Origin: Octopus bimaculoides | Taxonomy: Eukaryota | Direction: 5' to 3' | DNA length: 64,000 nucleotides | NCBI RefSeq assembly: GCF_001194135.2 | Contig: NC_068996.1 | Span: 22,196,768 to 22,260,767, forward strand | Part shown: piece after piece, positions 26,931 to 39,737 of the stretch | How the letters are laid out: every line of letters starts with the position of its first letter | Position numbering within the stretch: the first letter of the stretch is position 1 | Made by a program: the position numbers and the translations under genes | Notes under the pieces: model-generated | What the model was told of the DNA's origin: nothing | What the model saw: only the letters and a program-made list of their open reading frames with translations | Databases searched by the model: none

Positions 26931-27181
26931 CTTGGATTGCCATTCGCATCAGGTGGTATAGCTACTACTTTAACTGTTGATGATGTACGCAGTAAATCTA
27001 CTATTTGCTCATGGGTCATAGTTATTGTAGCTATTTTGCAAATTTCAACTAGTCGCGTTCCTTTCCTGATTCCAGCATCCCAAGCAAAACCATAATGTTC
27101 AACATCAGTTACAATTCCTTCAGCTTGTATATGAAAACCAAGTTGTCCCAGACCATTTCGCTTCAGTGTCATTTCTTGTGT
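26931..27181 (-). CDS. SIPA1L: SIPA1L exon L, 251 nt, phase 0->2: PDZ domain [17 protein letters not shown]...PPDANGNP(R)
   Basis: Acceptor attttccag|ACA, donor AG|gtaaaa; [10 protein letters not shown] and RLVEICK motifs. Confidence 0.97.
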
Positions 27182-27212
27182 CTGGAAAATAAGGAAAAAA
27201 AAAAATATATGT

Positions 27213-27431
27213 ATTTATATTGCCCACAGGGGACTAAACATAGAAGGGACAAACAAGGACAGACAAAGGGATTAAGTCGATTACATCAACCCCTGTGCAT
27301 GACTGGTACTTATCTAAACAACTCCAAAAGGATGAAAGGCAAAGTTGACCTCGATGGAATTTGAATTCAGAACATAAACAGCAGATAAAATACCAATAAG
27401 CATTTCGCCCAGAATGCTAACGATTCTGCCA
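27213..27431 (-). mobile_element. SINE family 2 copy ending ~30 nt upstream of the PDZ-exon acceptor
   Basis: Collinear with 46268-46486. Confidence 0.85.
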
Positions 27432-27469
27432 GGAAAAATTCTACCCTGACTAGATTGGAACATATATAT

Positions 27470-27640
27470 ATGACAATGATCTTATCCTCATGGCTGGTGA
27501 CTTCAACGGACATGTCTGTCCAAGTGAAGCATTTGACAAAAAGGAGGAAGAAATAGAAACTTGTAACAGAAGACAACTGCAAGTTTGTACAGGACAACAT
27601 ACTGAGGGCCACAGACTAAATTTGTGGCAGGTGCAAGATT
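27470..27640 (+). mobile_element. LINE APE-endonuclease fragment (RTE-like)
   Basis: DNDLILMAGDFNGHV motif. Confidence 0.6.
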
Positions 27641-28079
27641 CCAATCAGACCAATGTGATGTAAGAGTAGTGATAAAGCTATAAAAATATAAAAGACTAGC
27701 TAGGAATTTTCAGAGGAGAGTTAAGCTAACTTAGACTATTCCAGTATATTACTGGATATTATTTTATCAAACTACCTCCAACAAAGTAGGTAAAAAGGAA
27801 ACATTCTACCCTGACTAGATTGGAATAAAAGACATAACCAATCTCGATTAAATACTACACAGAGCATTCTGATCATGCACATAGCCCCACCTACCTACTA
27901 CCTATTTTGTAACTCCACATCCCATGGACATCTATTCTAACTACTCCATACCCTCTCATTTCCCCTACTCACCATATCATAACCCCCATAATTGAGAGAA
28001 AAGCACTTGATTTTTACATGAATAAATCCTTTCCCCACACCTCTACCACATACATCTTGCCACCACTCCTTCCTCTAGA

Positions 28080-28560
28080 ACCATGATACCCATCCTGGTG
28101 ACCTTTACCTGCCTTCCAGTTGCCATGTTCTCTTGGACAGTTAGCTTAAGGATATACCCTGACTTCTCAGCATCATCTTATCTATCTCTTCTCCACACCA
28201 CTTTTGTTCACTCTACACAACAGAGGTTGGCACTGCATCTCTTCCTACTCAACCCCTCCATTCTCACCATCTTCTGACACTACCTAACCCTTCCCCTGCC
28301 ATTACCCGCTTCCAACTTTCCATATCAGTTTATGCACTCATGTATAACATGGACTAGACAGACTGCATCCTCTCCTATTCAATCCCTCACAGTATCTCCA
28401 CTCTCTTTCAACAATAAACCTAACTCCAATAAAAACTATCTTGACTCCTGATGAGCTATCCAGCTTGTGCTAGCATGGCAGATGAACTGACCCCATCCCA
28501 ATCACTAGGGCCACTTATTCAATCGACCCTCATTATCATTATTACATTGCCACCTCTTCC
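28080..28560 (-). mobile_element. Highly decayed RTE-like LINE 3' region
   Basis: Reverse strand resembles the LRERL..ERR..W.GHV region seen more clearly at 11383-11870. Confidence 0.45.
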
Positions 28561-29869
28561 TCTCCTCCATAGTAACCTTTGATATCTTCTGTCCCTCGAC
28601 TCTCCTTTACTTCCATCCCAACACGGTTTTTTCTATTACTATCTTCTTACAATAAATCATTCCCTTCCATCATGGGGTGCTCTCATTCTGCAAGTTGCAA
28701 GGCAACCCCAATAGAGCTGGTTCTACAAGCACCAAGTACTTTGTTAATCAAGGTGAACAGCAACAATGCAAGGCTTGAGAGGGCTCTTTATAGTCTTGTT
28801 GATGGCAAGTCAACTTCTATGGTGCTGGTGCCAGGAAAAAAAACACACATCTAGTACCCTTCATAAATTGATATCAGTAAAGACATCCGACAGTAGAAAT
28901 CATGACAAAACTGGAATATTGGAGTGAGATGAGACCCTCCAACCCACTGAATTGTGTCAAACCATGCGACCCATGCCATTGTATGTGTGTGTTACTGTTT
29001 CCTTACAGTGACTTCTTATGATAGTTGTAAACAAATGCCAGTCATGGAAGTGGGATCTGTTTCCAATCTCCCTTAAAAACACGTCTTGTTATGGGGAAAT
29101 ATTACCTTGTTTGGAAACAGAGGAGGGCTGGTAACAGGAAATGTTTCCAACATAGAAAATTTGCCTCAACAAATTCCATCTAGCCCATGCTAACAAGAAA
29201 AAGTAGATGTTAAAACAATGTTTTGAGATCTATTTTCCTGTTAACACCCCCAAACCTATACATTTCCACAAATGTCTGGAAATAAAGTCTGTGTACTAAA
29301 TCTACCAGTAGTAGCAGCCAAATTCCCTTGGTTTTCAGAATATATCACCCCCATGCATCATTAGTCTCTCCTCTTCCTCCCATTACATCCAACCATCAAC
29401 CCCATCCAATCTCTCAGCATAAAGTTCCCTCTTCCCACTTGGGGTTCATAGTCTCATGAACTGGATGGTAACCTCACTAGTGGTGGTGACACGAAAAAAA
29501 AAAAAACCACCCAATACACTCTGTAAAATGATTGGTATTAGAAAGAGCATCCAGCTGTAGAAATCATGTCAAAGCAGACATTGGAGCACAATGCAGTCAA
29601 ACCATTCAAGCCATACCAACATGGAGCATGAACATCAAATGATGATATTTATATAAAATAAAATGGGAGACCCTATATGCTAGACCTCCTAAAAACACCA
29701 GCTGAGCCTCCTTCGAACCACACCCCACCATCTTAAGACATCAGCACATCAATATCAATAGTATTCCAACCATGATTATTATCCTGTCTTTTCAGAAATG
29801 TCTTGGAACACAGATCTGACCAGAGTTTAAACAACAAAAACAGAATGATTTAACAAGAGACATACTTAC

Positions 29870-29984
29870 TTGACAACCTAACGTTACAGCACCTAAACAG
29901 CTGACAATTTCAAGAACTTCATCAGATTCTCCACTGGATGGCATAATTTCAACACATTCCCCTTGACTGTGATACAGTTTTAGA
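29870..29984 (-). CDS. SIPA1L: SIPA1L exon K, 115 nt, phase 2->0: (S)LKLYHSQGECVEIMPSSGESDEVLEIVSCLGAVTLGCQ
   Basis: Acceptor tttttctag|T, donor CAA|gtaagt; SLK.Y..GEC and GC motifs before the PDZ. Confidence 0.92.
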
Positions 29985-31408
29985 CTAGAAAAATATCAGA
30001 AATAATTTAACATTTATTAAACATCTATAACACACAACTGATACAAAGGGGCCTCATGGAGGCAAACTGGCTGAGTTCCTTTCAAGTGTTGGGCCTCATG
30101 GAGGCAATCACCAAGACCTTTGGCATTATGTCGTACTTAAGAAGACCCATCAAGCCAAGCAAAATCGCAGTCATGGCAGATAATGGTGTCATGCAAATGG
30201 CTCCCATGCCAGTAGCACGTGAAAGCACCCATTACAATCTTGGAATGGTTGGCATTAGGAACGGGCATCCAGCAGAAGAAAACCATGCCAAATCATACTG
30301 GATCCTGGCACAGCCTTCCAGCATGCCAGCCCAATCAAACTGTCCAACCCATGCAAGCATGGACAACAGACATTAAATGATGATGATGATGATGATAACA
30401 GACAATGGCTAGGAGAAAATTGAAAGGAGGGAGGGAACACCCAACAAACATAAAACTACCAAATATGTGTATAATAGGTCCAGTAATGGTCATGATATAT
30501 GAATCAGGGAATGTTTTGTGGGTTAAGACATGTGGAGAAAGACTTGTTTTGCAAATCTATCTAACCCATGTTAGTGTAGGAAACTAACCGTAACCATGAT
30601 GGACGATAACATATAAGTGCAGCAATAATGATGATGTTCCAAGGATTAGGTTCAGTTGTGTGCATTAGCTCAAAAATACAGGTGTTCTGGACAAGACAAA
30701 ACTGCATTTGGTGGTGAGGCTCCCGCTTGCAAATTCATGAGTTTGGTCCAGTGTGGTAGTACTTGAAAAGGGCCCCACTAATAGATCAAACAACAAAAAA
30801 ACTGGTTCTTTGGCTAAGGCACACAAGACTTACAATAGAGGTAGCTCCTAACATGTGTCATACAGGTCCACAACTGTGATGACATTCCTTCACATGAACC
30901 AGTTACTTTGCCCAAGGGTTAAACAGGCCCTGTACTCCAAGGGTAAGCTTGAGAGAGCAAAAGACTAGCAGAGTAAATTGTAAGTAAACTGGCAGGGAAT
31001 ACAAACCCACTGTTGTACCTTTCCCAAAAGAAAAATCACGAATCTCAACTTAGGTCCATGACTCCCAATACTTGTAGGCAAGGCAGATAAAGAGAAGACA
31101 TGACAAGGGAGACTTGCAAGCATGGGCAACTGCCAACATTCTAAAAAATCATGCTAAAGCTTGTCAACAGGCCATATCTATGTCTCACTCTCTCTCTCTG
31201 TATAAACACCATGTATTAGTATATTAGTATTTATGGCTTGATATCAAATTTCTTAAAACCGATTGCATTGAATTGATCAGTTTTTGAGAATCTATGAAAT
31301 GTTTATAGGTTTTAATTTAGATTACTCTAAAACAGGAAGTTTGTATAAGAACCAGGAACAGTCTCAAGCAAGTTTGTATCAAAGGGTTAAATATATTGGC
31401 AATCTTAC

Positions 31409-31554
31409 CTAGTAGTAAATGCTGTCCAGCCAAGAACTTTTGTACAAGGAACACTAAATATCACATCTTTGGTACCTTCTTCAATAAGAACAATATTTTC
31501 TGCAGCAATTCCAAAAATACAATCAATTCTATTGGCAAGACCAAAATCTTCAAC
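31409..31554 (-). CDS. SIPA1L: SIPA1L exon J, 146 nt, phase 0->2: VEDFGLANRIDCIFGIAAENIVLIEEGTKDVIFSVPCTKVLGWTAFTT
   Basis: Acceptor catttcacag|GTT, donor AG|gtaaga; DC..GI..E.IVLIE and V.GWT motifs. Confidence 0.93.
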
Positions 31555-32643
31555 CTGTGAAATGAAAATTATCATATATACACAAAATGCTTAAAACCAA
31601 TCATTCATTGCAAAACACTATTTAGAATTCAAAAATAGTAACAACAAAATCTGATAATATTTTCTGAGAAACTTCTATATTAGACAGTGCCTACATTATT
31701 ATTCTTGTACTTGTTTAAGTCACTGGACTGCAGCCAAGTTGTAGCACCATCCTGAAGGTGCTTAGTCTGTCAAATTGACTTCAGTACTTATTTTAAGTTT
31801 GGTAATTGTTCTATCATTCTCTTTTTGCTGAACCATTAAGTCACAAGGATAAACAAATCAACACTAGTTGTCCAGCAGTGAGAAACAAACACAAAGACAC
31901 ACACATGGCAGACTTCTGGACACATTTTCCCAATTCATTCACAAGGTATTGATCAACCCAAGCTATAGTAGATACTGCACAGTGAAACTGAATCCAAAAC
32001 CACATGGTTGCAAAGCTAACTTCTTAACCACATAACCATTCTTAAAGCAAAAAGCATTCAGATAAAAATCATCCAAATTATGCAATGTTCTTCATAGCAC
32101 AACTGCAGAAGTTTGTGATTAATAATGGTGTTCTAAAATAAAATTGGGGATTGAAGTCAATGCACCTTCCTGAAAATTTCAAGCCATCTGCTAAAGTTAG
32201 AATGGAAAAGAATATTTATGGTGTTATACGATACCTGTAATAAGGTTTGAACTTACAATGACCTTGTTATCAATAGTATAAGTTCAAACCTCATTACAGG
32301 TATCGTAATTTCTGAAAAAGATATGTGGTAGTTAACATAAATATCCAATGCTTCTTTACCTTTCCTTACAGAAGTAATCTATTTTAACAACAGTATTTCC
32401 TTCTGAACTACTTGTTGCTGACACACACCTACATTGGTTTTCTGATTATGGATCTTTATTTGTTTTCTATAATAAAAACAGTTGAAATTGAAATGTGCCT
32501 ATTTGAGTTTTTAATCACAGGAACTGGAAAGCATTAATTCTAAATTGTTTATAAGTAAGCATAAACAGCTTTTGGCAGGCCATCTAAATCCAGATCAGAC
32601 AGTGAAGCTGTTAAAATATATATAAACTGAGTATGCAATAGCC

Positions 32644-32679
<36 letters not shown>

Positions 32680-33010
32680 GCGTGTGTATACAAACAGTAA
32701 AGGTGTGTGGCTGAGTGGTTAGGGTGTTGCACTAATGACTGCAAGATCATAGTTTTGATTCCTAAACTGGGCAATGCATTGTGTTCTTGAGCATGACACT
32801 TCATTTCATGCTGCTCCCATCCACTCAGCTGCAAATGAGTAAACCTGCAAAAGATTGGCATCCTGTTCAGAGTGCTTGTTTTGATCTAGGTCACTTATAA
32901 AATACAGAAACTGGATAACCATGGACCCTAAAACTCAAGACACTAATGTCCAGAGATGTGTACACATACAGACACTGTTCCTCCCTCTTCCATTGTCTCA
33001 TCACCTTGCC

Positions 33011-33239
33011 TTAACCCTTTTGTTACCAACCCGGCTGAAACCACCTCTGGCTCTGTAGTACAAATGTCTTGTTTCCATAAGTTTTGAATTAAAATCTTCC
33101 ACCAAACCTTAGTCACAATTTCTGTTCCTAACACTAGCTCAATGATAACTAAGTTATTTTACTAAATTCTTTGTTATAATTAAAATAATTGAAAGAAACA
33201 CAGAGCATCTCAACAGAAATACAGTAACGAAAGGGTTAA
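33011..33239 (-). mobile_element. piggyBac-type MITE family B (229 bp); related copies near 21120-21430, 31200-31390, 41060-41460, 42296-42530, 43785-43992, 56719-56940
   Basis: TTAA-CCCTTTTGTTAC ... GTAACGAAAGGG-TTAA termini. Confidence 0.85.
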
Positions 33240-33272
33240 TAATCACACACACACACACACACATTTACTGAC

Positions 33273-33370
33273 CTTAACAGGGAAGACAGTTGCTCCTTTA
33301 GCATACAAATCAGGAACCACTTTCTGCTTGCTACGTTCCTTTTTTCGGCCACTTCCAAGAGCAAATTTAC
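33273..33370 (-). CDS. SIPA1L: SIPA1L exon I, 98 nt, phase 1->0: (S)KFALGSGRKKERSKQKVVPDLYAKGATVFPVK
   Basis: Acceptor aactttag|GT, donor AAG|gtcagt; matches the post-GAP basic segment. Confidence 0.9.
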
Positions 33371-35098
33371 CTAAAGTTTTAGACAAAAATAAACTTTTAC
33401 AACATTTGTAAATCTATTATCTTTAAAAAAAAATTTTTTTTTAAATTTTTTAAAATTCCTTTTGGGAAAATTTATGATCAGTTAAAAAATCATTAATCAT
33501 GAAGATTAATAAGATAAGCAGAAGAGTAAAACCTACTTTCCCTAATCCTCTAAATTTATCTGCTGCCTCTACCACTCTTTAATCCTTTTCATACCAACCC
33601 AAATGATACAAACTTCATGTTTTAAAGTGATCGAAATTTCATGATAATTTATGTTCCAAACATCAGCTTATGACAAAGTTTCTTTATCAAAATCTTCATA
33701 CCAAGTTGGTTTACTTCTAAATTCTCTACAACAATTCGTATAATCACCTATATGTATCCCTCATTAACAAACAGGTACCCAAACACTCAATCGCTTTTTT
33801 ATTTTTTCACACCACCAAACCAAGTCTCTTGTTGCTTCTAGATCTATCGGATTGTTTTGCCACTGCCTGGTCATTACCATCCACCATACATCTGCGTACT
33901 GCATAACTAATTTTCTGCACCCTATGGCACATGGACTAAGCCAATTGGTTGTAACACTGCTGTCTTCATGCTAATGATCCTTGGTAGCACATCCAAAACA
34001 GATAGACAAGTGATCAGCTCCACCCTCCTAGGCATATCCATTAACAACCTTCACACTAAAAAAACTTCAAATCCATCAAGTTTGAGGTTCTCTAACCAAT
34101 AAATACCATCCCTTGCTAACTAACCACCACAAAAAAAAAAAAGGGAAATTTTTTGCTCTTCTTTTATTAATAAGACAATATAATTTGCCTCCATCTAATT
34201 ATTTCATTGCTGTGGTATTGGAGAAGATTGAAACTTTATTAAACAAAGTGTCCATCCCCTTTCCAATTTTCACAAACCCCACTCCTACAAGAACTACTGC
34301 TTTATGAGGTTTACATGTAGTTGCACTACATGTTTTAATTATTCTGTATATACAGTACTATGGGCAAAGAAAAGAGCATACAGTATTTTAAAACAAACAA
34401 TCATTCCCTATCACTATCACGTAATTGTGCTTTTACTAATTACTGCAACTCTTGTAAATTCATCACTTGTAAAAGTGAAGGCAATGACCAACTCTCTTCA
34501 CAGCCTCCAAATCTGATGGGAGATAGAAAAAAAGATATTCTCAAATCAGAGACCTCGTTCAAATTTTTGCAATAGAATGAACCAAGCTAAGAGCACCCAA
34601 GATGCAAGGTGATAGTAGTGAAGTGGGAGATGAATTATCAACTATCAATTATCAACTATAATTATTAATTATCAAGTCCTGGTAGGATTTGAACTCAAAA
34701 TGCAAAGAGTTGGGACAAATACTGTAAATACTCTTAGGCTGTCTACTGTATATACAGAATAATTAAAACAACACAACTCATTATACTCATTAACTAATAT
34801 TGTTTCTATACACCCCACTCTGTTACGTATTTCTAGTTAGATTTTTAAGGTTCCCGGCACTGAAGAAGTTAATACTATCTCCTTGTTCCAGTTAGCTTGA
34901 ACAAGTTCTGCTTGCTACTTTATAATTATTGGTAAGACTAATGTACATTTGGCTATATAGAGAATTACTTCAAAACATAAACCACTCAACCATGTCAATA
35001 TGGAAAAATTAAAGTAAAAAACAAAGAAAAATATCAAAGTGTACATAACTTAAATTTTCTTTAAGAAAAATGAAAGAAAGAGTTAGCTAGCAACTTAC

Positions 35099-35233
35099 TA
35101 AGTTTAGAACTTGAATCTAAAGCTGTTGTGGTCACATAATTCAGAGCTAAATCTCTGAGATATTCCTGATGTGTTCGACCTGCCATTGCTTTAAATTTCT
35201 CAGACTTATGAGCAGCATTTTCACCATTAATCA
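35099..35233 (-). CDS. SIPA1L: SIPA1L exon H, 135 nt, phase 1->1: (V)[44 protein letters not shown]
   Basis: Acceptor ttttttaag|TG, donor A|gtaagt; end of RapGAP domain. Confidence 0.95.
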
Positions 35234-35781
35234 CTTAAAAAATTGAAAATTTATAATTAAAAATGGGAAAGAAAAATAAAAGACATTGAAATTAATTATC
35301 ATCATTATCATTAACATTTGAAAATAAAACCTATTCCCTTATTTTCAAATTACTGATCATTATTAGTTCATTATCATAATTATAAGACTGAGTAGTTCAG
35401 TGGGATAAGAAAACAAAATTAACTCTGAAAAGGCTGCAACTCAAACATGTAGAGAGAGGAGCCTAACAACTTCATCACTTTAAGATTCATAAACATCATC
35501 AACATTTTAACATTCACTTTTTTATGCAAACCTATAACTTCTGCAATCCTACTAGAAAAGTATGATTAACAGATATGTAAAATTTTAATAGGTAACAGAC
35601 ACGGTTTGACTTAAGGATGACTCATTGATCGCAATGTGTTAATTATTTTTTTTTTTTTTCCCTAGGATGGGACAACCAATGAAGAGAAAAAGAGATGCTG
35701 TGTACACTGCCTTTTGTGCTAAAAATTACTTCTTCAGAGCTCTTGACCTAATATGAAGATAAATTTGAATTATTCACTAAC

Positions 35782-35885
35782 CTTTGGCAAACAAAAAGTC
35801 TGTAAATTCTGGTCCTTTTGCAAATGGTTTTTCGGGAATTGATGGGCCAAATGGTGGGACATCTTTACATCGACTGACAGCAACA
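35782..35885 (-). CDS. SIPA1L: SIPA1L exon G, 104 nt, phase 2->1: (S)VAVSRCKDVPPFGPSIPEKPFAKGPEFTDFLFAK
   Basis: Acceptor acatttag|T, donor AAAG|gttagt; KDVPPFGP motif (different frame from the listed ORF 35770..36012). Confidence 0.95.
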
Positions 35886-36013
35886 CTAAATGTAAAAACA
35901 AAATAATTTCAAATTTGAATTTCATGAAAATAATCCAAACACATACACAATATTCTGGTAAGAAATAAGTCATAGTTTTAGATAAATACTGAGTGCAAAA
36001 CAGTAGAAACATG

Positions 36014-36059
<46 letters not shown>

Positions 36060-36239
36060 TTAATGATTGGTTAGAATATTCTAAGGAAATATATATACTT
36101 CTATATCCACAATCTGTACATTACAAGCCAAATCTGCATTTCTATATAACTTCATGTGTTTGATATATACCTCCATAAAACAGATTGATACCTATTTTCA
36201 TATATCTGTGACTTAAGTAATATTTGAAATGCTATATAC

Positions 36240-36397
36240 CTGTATGAAACTTGAGGAGTATTTGGGTTATGAGCTTGTACAATGATAAAAACATGCTGGA
36301 AATGAGATCGGACAGACTTTGGTGTAAATGGCAAAGCTCCTGGTTCTTGAAATACAATACTGACAATATCGTTTCCTATGTGGCGCTTGCGGAGAAG
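36240..36397 (-). CDS. SIPA1L: SIPA1L exon F, 158 nt, phase 0->2: [37 protein letters not shown]... (catalytic Asn-thumb motif)
   Basis: Acceptor cttttcag|CTT, donor AG|gtatat; KRHIGND with intact catalytic Asn. Confidence 0.97.
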
Positions 36398-36959
36398 CTG
36401 AAAAGAATTAAAGAATATGAACATAGTTACAGTAATTTTTCTTTCAAAATACTGAAAATAAAATTATATTCAAAGCAGAAAAACATTTCAAATTCAAGTT
36501 AAACTCCGTTTTCTTTTTTATTTACTGCTTTTATACATAAAAAAAATTGGCAATTGAAATTTGCATCATATATGATACACATTCCTAATTTTTTGGAACC
36601 ACATGAGAAACTTGGCATTTATGAAAGGAAAGCTTTGTATTACTCAGAACACATGAAAGAAGAACTAACTAAAAGTTGAAAAACAAGTGTGGTTGTTTAG
36701 GACAAACTTACAGAAATATTTTGACAAGTCGAGGGTCAAAAATTGCCAAGAAGTATTATAGTTTGTGGTAAAGATAAAAAAAAAAGAAAAGAAAAAGTTT
36801 TGTTAAAAACTACTTAAATATGTTAGTAATAAGGGGATAGTTAATATTTCTTGTTAGTAAATTATAGTTGATGGCCAAAAAAAAACAAGAAAAAAGCATT
36901 GACACAAACTGGTTTTGTTTAAAAAAAAGATCTATTGAAATCATGATGATTCACTTTAC

Positions 36960-37063
36960 CTGTTGTCTATTACTTGGTGTGAATGGAAGCAATGTGGAGA
37001 CATGAAACATAATTTCATAGTCATTGAAAGTTGCATAAATAGAATGAGTTCCTGTTGAATCCA
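36960..37063 (-). CDS. SIPA1L: SIPA1L exon E, 104 nt, phase 1->0: (M)[34 protein letters not shown]
   Basis: Acceptor cctttgcag|TG, donor CAG|gtaaag; DSTGTHS and [10 protein letters not shown] motifs. Confidence 0.95.
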
Positions 37064-39022
37064 CTGCAAAGGAAAGCAGAAATATTCTGATTTAAGTCTC
37101 ATGCTCTGAAAAATGTCTTGCTTGAAAGTAAATTGTCTTAAAAATACAGTAGCAGTTATTGGTGTGTATTTGCATATATATACACACATGCATGCATATG
37201 CACATGCACACACACAATAGTTATCGTCATCATAATCATCATTTTAATGTCCACTTTTTCATACTCACATAGGTCAAATGGAATTTGTTGAGATGGATTT
37301 TCTACAGCCTGATGCCCTTCCTTTCACCAACCTTAAACTGTTTCCAAACAAGATAATACTTCCCTGTGACCAGACATGTTCACAGAAGATTGCAAACAAA
37401 GGACATTGCTTGCAAGACAATGACACTTGTTTACAACCATCATGCAATGTCAGGGCAAGGAGACACTAACGCATGCACGCACGCACACACAGGTATGTGA
37501 TGAGCTCCTTTTAGCTCTTCTAACCAAATCCACTGATAAGGCCTTGGTTAACCCGGGCCTGTAGTAGAAGACAGCTGTCAAGGTGCCATGCAATGGGACT
37601 AAACTGGAAACCATGTATTTGGGAAGCAAACTTCTTACCATACAATCACACAAAATACTTTTTAATTGTCTCAAAAATTTATGAAAGTTCCTTTTTATTG
37701 TCCTTCAGATTTGAAACATTATTTCCTCCTGTTAATCTGTTTCTGGATGAAAAAAGTTTCTTTGCTAAAGTGTAATAAGTATATTTGTAAATATAGATAT
37801 TATCATCATTTTTCATTCGGTTTTGCATGCTTTCATGGGTCAGATCAAATTTGCTGATACAAATTTACTATGGCTGGATGCCTTTCATGTTGCCAACCAT
37901 CAACTATTTCCAAGCAAGGTAATATCTCCCAATGATCAGATGTTTTTTCAAGGAAGGCTAAACATGTACAAAAGATCGTGTGACATCACGACAAAGGTAC
38001 ATACACATGCACGTGCATGCGTGTGTATGTGCATCACTACATATCAGGCTTCTTCCAGTTTCCAACCACGAAACCCACTCAATGCTTTGGCCAGCCAAAG
38101 TGTTGGTAGAAGACACTTGCTCAAGATATCACACAGTAATATCTTGGTTAGGAAGCATGCCTGTGCCTATTGCTTCATCCCCAGTCACACCTGGTATATA
38201 GCTGTGTGTGAGTATGTGACTATAATATATATATATTTGCGTTTGTGTGTAGATCTGTGTGTATGTACATGTGTGCATGAGTATTTATGTACATATGAAT
38301 GCATATGCAAATGTGCATTATGTGTGTGGTTATATTTGTATGTACACGCACACACCATTTATCTTGGACATCCAATAGACTTTACAGATAAGACCAAGAG
38401 GTTTGTTACACAGCAGTATTACCTGGCCTAAACTGATAATGTTAAACCATTGATTTTACACACACACACACACATACACATGTATATAAAGTCAGTAGTA
38501 CAACACTATTGGAAGAGACCTGCAACTGATGCAAACATAGAAATAAGGACAGGTAGTGCTGATTGTGACTGATGACAATGATAAGTTGTAAATATCAAAT
38601 TAAACTACAAATGCTAAAGATATCAATTTTCATACTTGTAAAATATGTAGAAAAAAAAGAAACAACACACCTTCCTCATATTTGTTTTCAATACATTTTG
38701 TAAATTTAAGATTGTGCATCAATCAAAGTTGAATAGAAAGTGCCAGAAAATTATTAATTCATCAAGTTAATATTTCAGATTTATATATACATAATGATTT
38801 CCAATTTAAATACAAGACCAGTAATTTTGAAAAAAGGAAGATGTTAGTCAATCATATTAATCTCAGTACTTTTATTTTATTAACCTCCCAAAAGAATGAA
38901 AGGCAAAGTTAACCTCTGTGAGATTTCAACTTATAATGTAAAGAGCCTAAAACAAATAATGCAAAGTATGTTGTCTGATATTCAAATGATTCAGCCAATC
39001 AACTTCACTTATATACATAATA

Positions 39023-39406
39023 TGTTGTTGACACTCCATCACTTATGACGTCGAGGGTTCCAGTTGATCCGATCAACGGAACAGCCTGCTCGTGAAATTA
39101 GCATGCAAGTGGCTGAGCACTCCACAGACACGTGTACCCTTAACGTAGTTCTCGGGGATATTCAGCGTGACACAGTGTGACAAGGCTGACCCTTTGAATT
39201 ACAGGCACAACAGAAACAGGAAGTAAGAGTGAGAGAAAGGTGTGGTGAAAGAGTACAGCAGGGTTCGCCACCATCCCCTGCCGGAGCCTCGTGGAGCTTT
39301 TAGGTGCTTTCGCTCAATAAACACTCACAACGCCCGGTCTGGGAAATGAAACCGCGAACCTATGACTGCGAGTCCACTGCCCTAACCACTGGGCCATTGC
39401 GCCCCC
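39023..39406 (-). mobile_element. tRNA-derived SINE, family 1 (~385 bp), young copy
   Basis: tRNA-like head with box A TGGCCCAGTGG and box B GGTTTCATTTCC; about 92% identical by eye to 52462-52846, in inverted orientation. Confidence 0.92.
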
Positions 39407-39638
39407 TGTACATAATAATATATGAACCAAATATAGACAATACAAATACATATCTATCAAACATACATTTTCATATGCATTGGCCACATACAACAAACTT
39501 TTATACACATACATATGGTACGTGCACACACACACACAACTCAGGGATGCACAAATATGTAAACAAAGACACATACATGTACAACACACACACATAACAT
39601 AAAAATGTATGAAGAAGTATTTCCCATAAAATACATAC

Positions 39639-39737
39639 TTTTATTGTCAAGTTGGCCACGATATTTATCAAAACCTTTTAATCGTACCCGGGTGCCAATG
39701 CATTCTAAGAATTCTTCAAAGACTGGTCCGTGATTCT
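39639..39737 (-). CDS. SIPA1L: SIPA1L exon D, 99 nt, phase 1->1: (E)[32 protein letters not shown]
   Basis: Acceptor ttttcag|AG, donor AAAA|gtatgt; RapGAP motif. Confidence 0.95.

Noticed and set aside
33243-33262. (UG)n runs shortly after several 5' splice sites as splicing-regulator sites
   Set aside because: (TG)n tracts occur every few hundred bases throughout the window, so proximity to donors is expected by chance.
39330-39406. tRNA-like sequences here and at 52462, 45880 and 32703
   Set aside because: They are SINE heads with box A/B followed by a repeat body, with no complete acceptor stem; they are not tRNA genes.
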